This document shows, piece after piece, positions 9,106 through 16,781 of a stretch of 64,000 nt of DNA. This DNA comes from Candidatus Liptonbacteria bacterium. Its GTDB lineage: Bacteria; Patescibacteriota; Minisyncoccia; UBA6257; 2-01-FULL-56-20. The stretch's first letter is position 1. Every line of letters begins with the position of its first letter. A program made the position numbers and the translations under genes. Location: assembly GCA_016204385.1 (NCBI GenBank), contig JACQKW010000015.1, positions 29,882 through 93,881 on the forward strand, in the 5' to 3' direction. Under the pieces are notes generated by a model. It did not search any database. It worked only from the letters and a program-made list of their open reading frames with translations, and had not been told where the DNA came from.

Positions 9106-9723
9106 CTACTTGCGGACGGCGGCAAAGCGGTAGTGCGAGAACCACTCGTTGTCGAACCAGTGCAGGCGCAGGTCACGCTTCGAACCGTACCTGACGAGGT
9201 ACGCCACAGTGCGGTAGCCGTGCGGATTCCGCCACACGGAACCAAGAGCGATGATCGGGAACTCGCGCTGCTTCTCGGGATACTCCGCGCCGAAGGCGAG
9301 TAGCTCGGGAAGGGTTGCGGGACGGAGACCACGCGCGTCGAGCTCGCAGAGCGCGTTGTCCGACGAAACCCTCCGGTTGAGATGGACAAGCTCGATCGCG
9401 ACTTCTGCCGTGCCTTTCTGTGTAGTCGGGAAGTTCTTGGAGGTGATGTCGGAATTCGTCCAGTTGTACTTCCCTGCCGCGACCATCTCCTCGACGGAGT
9501 GAGCGTAGTCGAGGGTGAGGCGGAACACGTTCTTCGCCCCTTCCATGATCGCGACAAGCGCATCCGCGATCTTCCCGACCGGAACATCACCGTCGTCGGT
9601 TACGAGCTGGTGAATCTGCTCGTCTGAAACCTTCCGCTCGCGGAGCGCACGGACAAGTTTGTCCGCGAACCCAGCGATCCAGCCCGCCCCTGAAACGATT
9701 GCCGTTACGTCCTTCCGTGCCAT
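9106..9723 (-). CDS. DGR variable (target) protein, VR at the C-terminus
   Basis: 205-aa ORF with strong SD GAGGAGGAAGTC-ATG. The C-terminal 45 codons are the VR (GSVWRNPHGYRTVAYLVRYGSKRDLRLHWFDNEWFSHYRFAAVRK). I see no signal peptide or TM helix. Confidence 0.85.
   Translation of the reverse strand: MARKDVTAIVSGAGWIAGFADKLVRALRERKVSDEQIHQLVTDDGDVPVGKIADALVAIMEGAKNVFRLTLDYAHSVEEMVAAGKYNWTNSDITSKNFPTTQKGTAEVAIELVHLNRRVSSDNALCELDARGLRPATLPELLAFGAEYPEKQREFPIIALGSVWRNPHGYRTVAYLVRYGSKRDLRLHWFDNEWFSHYRFAAVRK
9110..9244 (-). repeat. DGR variable repeat (VR)
   Basis: Counterpart of the TR. 9 codons are changed (8 of 9 TR AAC Asn codons plus one GAC). The 3'-terminal ~25 nt (GC-rich, ...GCCGCCGTCCGCAA) is identical to the TR, like an IMH. 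Confidence 0.92.
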
Positions 9724-9789
9724 GACTTCCTCCTCTTCGGCTTGCCCCTCATTCCGACCTTATGCCGGAATCCCAGGCGTGCCAGTTTT

Positions 9790-9835
9790 GGTTACAGCCT
9801 TGAATCCGTGAGCGAGCGGACTCAAAGCTGTAACC
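9790..9835 (-). promoter_or_regulatory. Long 5'-UTR hairpin of the DGR target mRNA
   Basis: 19-bp stem with an 8-nt loop. Two positions are C.A/A.C on the plus strand but G.U on the minus-strand transcript. Confidence 0.55.
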
Positions 9836-9874
9836 AAGAAAACCGCAAGTTATCGATTTTTAAGGTACCCGGGC

Positions 9875-9904
9875 ATTGTAGCATATAAACTATATTCTTG
9901 TCAA
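9875..9904 (-). promoter_or_regulatory. Consensus sigma70-type promoter of the DGR target gene
   Basis: Minus strand TTGACA-N18-TACAAT. The block ATGCTACAATGCCC is shared with the promoter at 20568-20597. Confidence 0.6.
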
Positions 9905-9929
9905 GTTCTGGTATGGGGGGTGAACTTTC

Positions 9930-9964
9930 TCCGGCTCCTCGCGGAGGAGTTTAATATCAATCAT
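9930..9964 (-). pseudogene. Relic serS 5' fragment (first 11 codons, MIDIKLLREEP)
   Basis: ATG at 9964 followed by the same codons as the real serS. The frame then diverges and stops after 24 codons inside the target-gene promoter. Confidence 0.8.
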
Positions 9965-9965
9965 T
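9930..9965. repeat. Direct repeat copy 2 (relic serS 5' end), right boundary of the DGR cassette
   Basis: tccggctcctcgcggaggagtttaatatcaatcatt. The single difference from copy 1 is a synonymous Ile codon (ATA/ATT). Confidence 0.9.
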
Positions 9966-10006
9966 AAAATTAATCATATACCAAACCTGTCTGCTCCTCG
10001 TAACCG

Positions 10007-10015
10007 CCCCCCCCC
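10007..10015. repeat. C9 homopolymer tract
   Basis: Nine consecutive C next to the hairpin at 10016-10040. Confidence 0.9.
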
Positions 10016-10040
10016 AACCTGCCCGCCATGCGGGCAGGTT
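10016..10040 (+). terminator. Hairpin plus T-tract in the relic-serS/thrS intergenic region
   Basis: aacctgcccg-ccatg-cgggcaggtt, then ttcattttc. No plus-strand gene lies upstream, so its role is unclear. Confidence 0.35.
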
Positions 10041-10094
10041 TTCATTTTCTCTATAGCTTTCAAAAAATCCGCTACAATCCTATAATCTTAGAAC

Positions 10095-11876
10095 ATGGCA
10101 AAGAAGTCCTCCGCATCGAATCTCGAGCATATCCGCCATTCTTTGGCACATCTCCTCGCGGCGGCAGTCTTGAGGAAATTCCCCAAGGTAAAGCTTGGCA
10201 TCGGGCCCGTAATTGAAGACGGGTTTTATTATGATTTCCTCCTCCACGGCAATGAGAAATTTTCTCCCGATGATTTGCGAGAATTCGAGAAGGCGATCCG
10301 TGATTTCATTCGCGACGATTTGAATTTTATCGGCAAAAAAGTCTCGGCCGCCGAAGCGAAAAAGCTTTTCGCGGGACAGCCTTTTAAACTCGAACTTATC
10401 AAGGATTTTGTAAAAGAAAAGCAAAATCTCACCACCTACCGCACTGGAGACATATTTACTGACCTGTGCCGCGGCGGACATGTGAAGAATACGAAAGAAA
10501 TCAACCCCGACGCATTCAAACTCACGAAAATTGCGGGCGCCTACTGGAGGGGCGACGAAAAAAATTCCCAGCTCCAACGGATCTACGGCGTGGCGTTTGC
10601 GACCAAGAAAGAACTCGGAGAGTACCTCGCAATGCTTGAGGAAGCGCGAAAGCGGGACCATAAAGTCCTGGGTCCCGATCTCGATCTTTTCACATTTTCC
10701 GAACTTGTGGGCTCGGGACTCCCTTTGTGGACTCCGAAGGGCACGATTCTTCGGGACCTCCTCGATAATTTTGTCTGGGAACTCCGCGCACGCCGCGGCT
10801 ACGAGCGGGTGGATATCCCGCACATCACAAAAAAGGAACTCTACGTGCGGAGCGGCCATTGGGAGAAATTTAAGAACGAGCTTTTTAAAATCGTGACTCG
10901 CGAGGGGCACCTCCTCGCCATAAAACCGATGAACTGCCCCCACCACACGCAAATCTACGCGCGGCGAAAGTGGAGCTACCGTGAACTGCCCCAACGATAC
11001 GCCTCCACCACAAAAGTCTACCGCGACGAACAAACGGGCGAGCTTGCGGGCCTTGCACGCGTACGCTCGATCACGCAGGACGATGCGCATTCCTTCTGCC
11101 GCAAATCGCAGATTGCGGGCGAGATGTCGAGTATCTGGGACATTGTAGAGGAGTTTTATGCGGGCTGCGGATTCCCGAATCTTGAAGTGCGTCTTTCGTT
11201 CCATGACCCGAAGCAGCCGAAGAAATATCTTGGGTCGCCCGCAGTATGGAAAAAGGCGGAGGCGGAACTCGCGGCGCTCGCACAATCGCGATTAGGACCT
11301 GCGTTTGAGAGAAAAGTGAAGGTTGACATGGGCGAGGCGGCGTTCTACGGGCCGAAAATTGATTTCATTGCCAAAGATTCGCTCGGCAGGAATCTGCAGG
11401 TCGCCACGATCCAGCTTGATATGAATATGCCCGAGCGATTCCGTCTTGCGTGCGTGAATGAGAAAGGGAAAGACGAGGGGATTTTCATGATTCACGCGGC
11501 AATCATGGGTTCGATCGAGAGGTTCCTCGCCGCGTTCATCGAGCATACTGGGGGCAAGTTTCCTGTGTGGCTCTCTCCCGTGCAGGCGGAAATTATAAAC
11601 GTCGGCTCCGGCCAGAGGAAGTATGCGGAAAAAATATTTAAAGGTTTGAAAACGGCAAGTGTCCGCGCGCGGCTCTCCGACGAGAATCTGACCGTCGGCA
11701 AGCGCATCCGCGAAGCGGAACTCCAAAAGATTCCCTACGTCCTTGTAGTCGGAGAAAAGGAAGAAGCCGCAGGCACCGTGAATGTCCGGCATTACCGGCG
11801 AGGCCAGGAAGGAGAAATAAAATTCGAAGCGTTCATTCAAAAAGTGATGGACGAGATCACGCGAAAAACGGTCTAG
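10095..11876 (+). CDS. thrS: Threonyl-tRNA synthetase (no N-terminal TGS domain)
   Basis: 593 aa. HIRHSLAHLLAAAV...GIGPVIEDGFYYDF editing-domain start, then class II core and anticodon-binding domain. TATAAT lies 8 nt upstream of the ATG. Confidence 0.92.
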   Translation: MAKKSSASNLEHIRHSLAHLLAAAVLRKFPKVKLGIGPVIEDGFYYDFLLHGNEKFSPDDLREFEKAIRDFIRDDLNFIGKKVSAAEAKKLFAGQPFKLELIKDFVKEKQNLTTYRTGDIFTDLCRGGHVKNTKEINPDAFKLTKIAGAYWRGDEKNSQLQRIYGVAFATKKELGEYLAMLEEARKRDHKVLGPDLDLFTFSELVGSGLPLWTPKGTILRDLLDNFVWELRARRGYERVDIPHITKKELYVRSGHWEKFKNELFKIVTREGHLLAIKPMNCPHHTQIYARRKWSYRELPQRYASTTKVYRDEQTGELAGLARVRSITQDDAHSFCRKSQIAGEMSSIWDIVEEFYAGCGFPNLEVRLSFHDPKQPKKYLGSPAVWKKAEAELAALAQSRLGPAFERKVKVDMGEAAFYGPKIDFIAKDSLGRNLQVATIQLDMNMPERFRLACVNEKGKDEGIFMIHAAIMGSIERFLAAFIEHTGGKFPVWLSPVQAEIINVGSGQRKYAEKIFKGLKTASVRARLSDENLTVGKRIREAELQKIPYVLVVGEKEEAAGTVNVRHYRRGQEGEIKFEAFIQKVMDEITRKTV

Positions 11877-11884
11877 AAAAGACG

Positions 11885-11913
11885 AAGGGCTCCTATGATG
11901 ACAAGGAGCCCTT
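11885..11913 (-). terminator. Terminator hairpin between convergent genes
   Basis: aagggctcct-atgatgaca-aggagccctt. The minus strand is followed by CGTCTTTTC. Confidence 0.5.
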
Positions 11914-11949
11914 GATGGTGGCGGGAAACTGCGAGGAAGGTGAAAAATC

Positions 11950-12333
11950 CTAGAAGACGATGAGTTGGCCGCTCTCGACCGCGAGGCGCCGGGTACTCCG
12001 GCGCACGGTCACCCCCTTGGGGTGCGTTGCGACCACGAGCCGGGCCTTCTTGCCCCGCTCTGAGAAGCCGACGATCTTGGCCTCCACGCGGGGGTGCTTC
12101 CGGCTCGAGTAGGGCACTCTTTGCCCCACCCTGAAGCCGAAACGCTTGGTCTCCGATGGCGCCATTGGGATGCCGCCGCCCTCCACAGAGAGCGACACCG
12201 TGGCGTACCGCCGCGCCCGTTGACGGTAGCCGTCCGCGATGAGGACGGTCCCGGTCACGGCGAAAAGCACCATGAGAACATACTCCCAGACCCGAAACAT
12301 CTCAAACAAATTCGGCATATTACCCCCTCTCAA
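11950..12333 (-). CDS. Hypothetical small membrane protein
   Basis: 127-aa ORF with one TM helix (WEYVLMVLFAVTGTVLIA) and a basic C-terminal domain. The start may be M6 (12318). Confidence 0.5.
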   Translation of the reverse strand: MRGGNMPNLFEMFRVWEYVLMVLFAVTGTVLIADGYRQRARRYATVSLSVEGGGIPMAPSETKRFGFRVGQRVPYSSRKHPRVEAKIVGFSERGKKARLVVATHPKGVTVRRSTRRLAVESGQLIVF

Positions 12334-12378
12334 AAAGTTGAATTAGAACTAAAGTTAGTATAACATAGTGATATACAT

Positions 12379-13377
12379 ATGTCAAGTCCCCCTAAAAAAC
12401 CGCCCTTCAATGTAATTCAGGGCAGGAAAATACTCGTCATTTTAGGCCCGACCGCGAGCGGAAAATCCGCCCTTGCCGTGAAACTCGCCCTTCGACTAAG
12501 CACGGTGCAGGCGAAGAAAAAATATGGAATACGCGGCGCTGAAATCATCTCGGCCGATTCCCGGCAGGTCTACAAAGGACTTGATATCGGAAGCGGAAAG
12601 ATCACGAAAAAAGAAATGGGGGGTATCCCCCATCACCTCTTGGATGTCGCATCACCGAAACGAACGTTTACGGTCGTGGAATACCAGAAATTGGGAGCAC
12701 GGGCAATCGAAAAAATACTCCAAAAAAAGAAAATCCCCATCATCGTCGGCGGCACCGGATTTTATATTGACGCGCTCATCTACGGATGGAAACTCCCGCA
12801 AATAAAACCGGATTCCCGGATTCGAAGGGCGCTCGCGGCAAAGTCCGCTCACGAACTATACCGGACACTCGCGCAGATCGACCCGCGCCGCGCGGCAACC
12901 ATCGACCGCTATAATAAACGCCGGCTCGTGCGCGCCTTGGAAATTATCGTCCACACCGGCAAGCCGGTGCCGCGCCTAAGAAAAGGCGGCCCTCCTTATT
13001 CCAATGTTCTTAAGAACATTGGAATAAGGAATTCTCGCATCTTAAAAATAGGAATCCGTATCCCCGCCGAGGAGTTAACGCGGCGGATAAAAAAGCGATT
13101 ACTCGCCCGTATCCGGCAAGGGCTGGTTCGCGAGGTGAAAAACCTTCGCGCACGAGGCGTAAGCTGGAGGCGCCTCGAAGGCCTCGGATTGGAATACCGT
13201 TACGTGGGCCGCTACCTCCGAGGGCTCATCACAAAAGAGGCGATGCTGCAAACGCTCGAGAAGGAAATCCGAAACTACGCGAAGCGGCAAATGACGTGGT
13301 TTAAAAAAGACAACCAAGTGATCTGGCTCGAGAGACCGCGCGATGCCTTGAAAATCGCAGAAGAGTTTCTCAAGTAA
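12379..13377 (+). CDS. miaA: tRNA dimethylallyltransferase
   Basis: ILGPTASGKSALAVKLA P-loop and ISADSRQVYKGLDIGSGKIT...IPHHLLD motifs. Confidence 0.9.
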   Translation: MSSPPKKPPFNVIQGRKILVILGPTASGKSALAVKLALRLSTVQAKKKYGIRGAEIISADSRQVYKGLDIGSGKITKKEMGGIPHHLLDVASPKRTFTVVEYQKLGARAIEKILQKKKIPIIVGGTGFYIDALIYGWKLPQIKPDSRIRRALAAKSAHELYRTLAQIDPRRAATIDRYNKRRLVRALEIIVHTGKPVPRLRKGGPPYSNVLKNIGIRNSRILKIGIRIPAEELTRRIKKRLLARIRQGLVREVKNLRARGVSWRRLEGLGLEYRYVGRYLRGLITKEAMLQTLEKEIRNYAKRQMTWFKKDNQVIWLERPRDALKIAEEFLK

Positions 13378-13379
13378 CC

Positions 13380-16166
13380 CTACCCGATTTTGAGCTGTTC
13401 AAAGACTTCGCCGATTGTTTTTCGAAAGACCGCCTCCTTCGGAATGCGAATAAAAATTGCGTGCAGCGGTTTCCCGATCGCCTTCGCAGATGCGCGATCC
13501 ATGTCCGGCAATCTCTCGAGTGCATGGATAAACTGCCTTCTGCTCCCCGCGGCAGTATCCGCCGAAAAATTCATGATTTTCTCCTGAAGCGCCGGGTGCT
13601 CGCGAAACATAACGCTAGATTTCTCTTGTAGTTCCCCTATAAGCGAGAGGATTTTTCGCCCGGTACTTCCCGTTATTTCAACTGCCTCGACTGGCGCCGC
13701 AATTTCCACCCCTGCTTTCGGAACCCCTCCATACCACGCCTTCCAGTCCTCGGGCGGATTCTCCGGGAGATTCAGCCGCCAATCGGCGCGGGAAATATCT
13801 TCCACAACGCCTCCTCGATAATGTTGCAAGAGCTCTTCGACGTTTCCCGGCGGTTCGGCGGGGAGGTTCATGCGCCAGTCCGCGGGAGTTTCGGGGACGT
13901 GCGAAACCGGTGCACCCTCACCGACTGCGCCCGGAATGCTTTCTCCCACCGGGGCCTCCGGCGGAGCTCCGGAGAGAATCTCGTGTACTCGTTCCGAGGT
14001 GAGCGCCTCTCCGGGGTGTTCGCCCGCCCAATGTGCAAGCTTCTCATTGTTTTCAACGATCGCATGCATCGTGCTCTCGCTCAAGTTGCCCGCATTCTTG
14101 AAAACCTCCTGCACGCTGTCCGCGTCGCTAAAAATTGGGCCAAAATCAATGGTCTCCCCGGGCACGATCCGATCCACATTCTCGAGCCCGAACGCACCCG
14201 GATCCGCGGCAACTTTGTCTTTGATGGCGTCGATAATATACGTCTTCTGCGCTTCGTTCAAATTCGCAAAATCTGATCCATAGTGTTTTTCGAGAAGCCG
14301 CGATGCAATTTTCCATATCGAATCGCCGCGCTCGGCTGTTTCCGCATAGGATATTGTTTCTCCCGCCGCCGCTTCTCCCACAACTTGCGCGGCACCCTCG
14401 GCGTGTACAACGCCTCCGGCTTGCGCCGCTTCGCCCGCACCAATTCCTTCCTCCGCGCGGAGGCCATGGAGCCACTCGTCCACGTCCACCGGCCGCTCCG
14501 TGGGGAGATTGAGCCGCCAGTCCATATTGCTCGCGGGAACCTCGCCGCCGCCCTCGTAGTGCTTAAGAATTTCCTCCGCATTCTCCGGGGGCTCCGCAGG
14601 GAGGTTCAGACGCCAGTCCTCCGGCGTAAAGGTTGCCTCCCCGGGCACTGCCTCTACGCCAAGAGCGCCCCCGTGGCCCTCGAACCACCGCGCAACGTCC
14701 TCGGGCTGATCCTTCGGAAGATTCAACCGCCAATCCGCATGCGTAAATGAGCCGTCCTCTCCCATTGCCCCATAGTGGCGGACTAATTCATCAGCATTCT
14801 CTGGCGGGCTCTCGGGCAGATTCAGCCGCCAATCGGCTTCGGTTACTCCTCCTTCGGGGGGGCCATAGACCCTTCCCAGGTCCGAAAGTTCTTCTTGAGG
14901 AACAGGGACTGGCTCCACTTCGGACGCCCCCTCGGCTGTTGCGACAGGTTCCGGCGCGGATTCTGAAGGAATTGTCTCAGTGGGCGCCGCACCTTCTTCT
15001 CCTCCTGTGCCAAACGCTTTACTGCCGATTAACACACCGACCGTGAGACCGGCTGCGGCCGCGAACATTTTCCTACTCCCACTTTTCACTCGCTCTCTGG
15101 CGTTTTCGTTGTCAATTGACCGATCGATATATTGGCTTTCATCCTTCAAGTATAAGGATAGAGCATCTGCTCTTTCATCATTCGTTCTATGCCACTCCGT
15201 ACCGAGCGCAAACCTCTGCGCCGCGAATTCATACTCGCGAGCCTGGAGTGCCTGAATGACATCGCTTCCGCGCGCGCCGGATGTTCCCGCGTGTGCAAGT
15301 TTCACGCCTTTTATTTCTCTCAAGAGCCGGAGCCGCGCCATTTCTTGCCGCAGGACATCCTCGGGAAGTTTCCCTATCGCTTCTTGGATTTTTCCCGCCC
15401 GTTCTTCTTTCCGCACCCCTTTGAGCGTGCTGGAGACAGTATCAACAAGCCCTTTTTGTCCAATCGTCTTGCTCCACCGCTCAAGCGCCGCCTCGGCGCC
15501 CATAAACGTGCCGAGTCCGGACCACGCGCTCCGCGCCGCGATGAAACCGACACCACCGGTCAGGATTCCCGCGCCCGCAAGCCCTGCACCAACTGCGATC
15601 CGAACCCCCGTATGCCTCCGCCACCAATTCTTGAATTTTTCCCCGGTGCCTCGTTCGCGCTCGGTTGCAAACCGATCCATAACTTCATCCTCATGCGCAA
15701 GCACACGGCACAAGATCTCGGGGAGTTCTGCGCGTATTGACTCATCGGAGATTCCTCTCTTTCGCGCATGTTCAATGCTTTCCTCCAAATCTCGTTCCCT
15801 TTCTTTCGCAAGAAGTTCCTCGTATTGCATCCGGAAATCACGAAGCGCCGTTCCTCCCTCCTCTCCGCCCATGTCATGCACCCTGCCCGACGAATCCTCG
15901 ATGGTTCTTCCCAAGACGCGCCCCAGTTTCCCGCGAACGACATTCCGCCGAAGCCCTCGGGCCTCCACATACCTCCTCCGCGCATTGTCAAGTTCGCGCG
16001 AGAGGACCTCTTCCTCCGTTCTCGGCGCTTCCCGCGTATCACCTTCTGGTATTCCTTCGGGAGTTGGGGGGCTCTCCCGCCGCTCCCCGGCACTATCCTC
16101 TCGCTCCGGCGGACCGCCTTCCGGACCTCTCGCGGGATCAACTGGCGGTGTCTCTGGTCCAGCCAT
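13380..16166 (-). CDS. Large repeat protein with six DWR[LM]NLP repeats, a LysM-like segment and two predicted TM segments
   Basis: 928-aa ORF. Repeats start at residues 445, 478, 517, 549, 763 and 795. The LysM-like stretch is GDSIWKIASRLL...IVPGETIDF. TM candidates are at residues 187-216 and 367-384. Confidence 0.7.
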   Translation of the reverse strand: MAGPETPPVDPARGPEGGPPEREDSAGERRESPPTPEGIPEGDTREAPRTEEEVLSRELDNARRRYVEARGLRRNVVRGKLGRVLGRTIEDSSGRVHDMGGEEGGTALRDFRMQYEELLAKERERDLEESIEHARKRGISDESIRAELPEILCRVLAHEDEVMDRFATERERGTGEKFKNWWRRHTGVRIAVGAGLAGAGILTGGVGFIAARSAWSGLGTFMGAEAALERWSKTIGQKGLVDTVSSTLKGVRKEERAGKIQEAIGKLPEDVLRQEMARLRLLREIKGVKLAHAGTSGARGSDVIQALQAREYEFAAQRFALGTEWHRTNDERADALSLYLKDESQYIDRSIDNENARERVKSGSRKMFAAAAGLTVGVLIGSKAFGTGGEEGAAPTETIPSESAPEPVATAEGASEVEPVPVPQEELSDLGRVYGPPEGGVTEADWRLNLPESPPENADELVRHYGAMGEDGSFTHADWRLNLPKDQPEDVARWFEGHGGALGVEAVPGEATFTPEDWRLNLPAEPPENAEEILKHYEGGGEVPASNMDWRLNLPTERPVDVDEWLHGLRAEEGIGAGEAAQAGGVVHAEGAAQVVGEAAAGETISYAETAERGDSIWKIASRLLEKHYGSDFANLNEAQKTYIIDAIKDKVAADPGAFGLENVDRIVPGETIDFGPIFSDADSVQEVFKNAGNLSESTMHAIVENNEKLAHWAGEHPGEALTSERVHEILSGAPPEAPVGESIPGAVGEGAPVSHVPETPADWRMNLPAEPPGNVEELLQHYRGGVVEDISRADWRLNLPENPPEDWKAWYGGVPKAGVEIAAPVEAVEITGSTGRKILSLIGELQEKSSVMFREHPALQEKIMNFSADTAAGSRRQFIHALERLPDMDRASAKAIGKPLHAIFIRIPKEAVFRKTIGEVFEQLKIG

Positions 16167-16173
16167 AAATTTC

Positions 16174-16488
16174 TTACTGCGTGCCGAGTTTCTGCTCTGC
16201 GGCGCGATTCAAATCGAACATCTCCTGCTTGAAATTCGCCACCACGTCCGCGGTGATCGCGTCAAAGTTTGCGATCCTAGTGCGCAAGAAACTGGCGACA
16301 TCGCCGCCGGAGACGAGTACCGCGTCAAATTGTTTCTGCTCTTCGTCCGAAAGAAGGGAGAGGATTCTCGCCGTGAGCCGTTTTTCGACCACTTCCATCA
16401 TCTCGTCGAGCACTTTTTGCTGTCTTTCCTTTGGAAGCGAATCAAGCCCGAGTTCCTTAAGTAAATTTACATTTAGTATGTGTGCCAT
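16174..16488 (-). CDS. Small helical protein, DUF5663-like
   Basis: 104 aa. LLKELGLDSLPKERQQKVLDEMMEVVEKRLTARILSLLSDEEQKQF matches my recollection of DUF5663 proteins common in CPR genomes. Confidence 0.55.
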   Translation of the reverse strand: MAHILNVNLLKELGLDSLPKERQQKVLDEMMEVVEKRLTARILSLLSDEEQKQFDAVLVSGGDVASFLRTRIANFDAITADVVANFKQEMFDLNRAAEQKLGTQ

Positions 16489-16747
16489 GTATGGTATCTA
16501 CTATTTTTGGCATGACCTTTCTTGGAATATACCGCGCCACCCCACAAAACACAAGGTGCATAAGGCATGCGCGTGGCCGCGGTGTGCCCCGTTCCAAAAT
16601 GAACTACCGCACCGCAGTTCGACTACGCTCACTGCAAGCCAAACGGTGCGGTATCTATAACAACATATCCTTCGACAAGCTCAGGATATTTTTCACTTTG
16701 CCGTTCATCCCGCCCCGACCGCGGTCGGGGCGGGTATTCTGGTCGTG

Positions 16748-16781
16748 AAAAATAAAAAACGCCGCCGATTACTCGGCGGCG
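16748..16781 (-). terminator. Rho-independent terminator overlapping the stop of the upstream small ORF
   Basis: Minus strand CGCCGCCGA-GTAA-TCGGCGGCG, followed by TTTTTTATTTTT. Confidence 0.65.

Noticed and set aside
8610-9244. Exact 500-nt offset between TR and VR coordinates
   Set aside because: I see no mechanistic meaning in it and treat it as coincidence.
10080-11285. 401-aa minus-strand ORF opposite thrS, plus similar long antisense ORFs (70-822, 18258-18851, 23225-23794, 24143-24940, 35538-36506, 57093-57671, 60153-60839, 62735-63556, 63117-63938)
   Set aside because: These are shadow ORFs on the strand opposite, or out of frame with, well-supported conserved genes. Their compositions are Arg/Pro/Gly/Ser-rich, which is typical of antisense frames in GC-rich DNA.
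13731-14834. Repeated ~20-nt units (gagattcagccgccaatc-like) that might suggest a CRISPR array or tandem repeat locus
   Set aside because: They are in-frame coding repeats (DWRLNLP) of the 928-aa protein. Spacing is irregular, and there is no repeat-spacer structure or cas genes.
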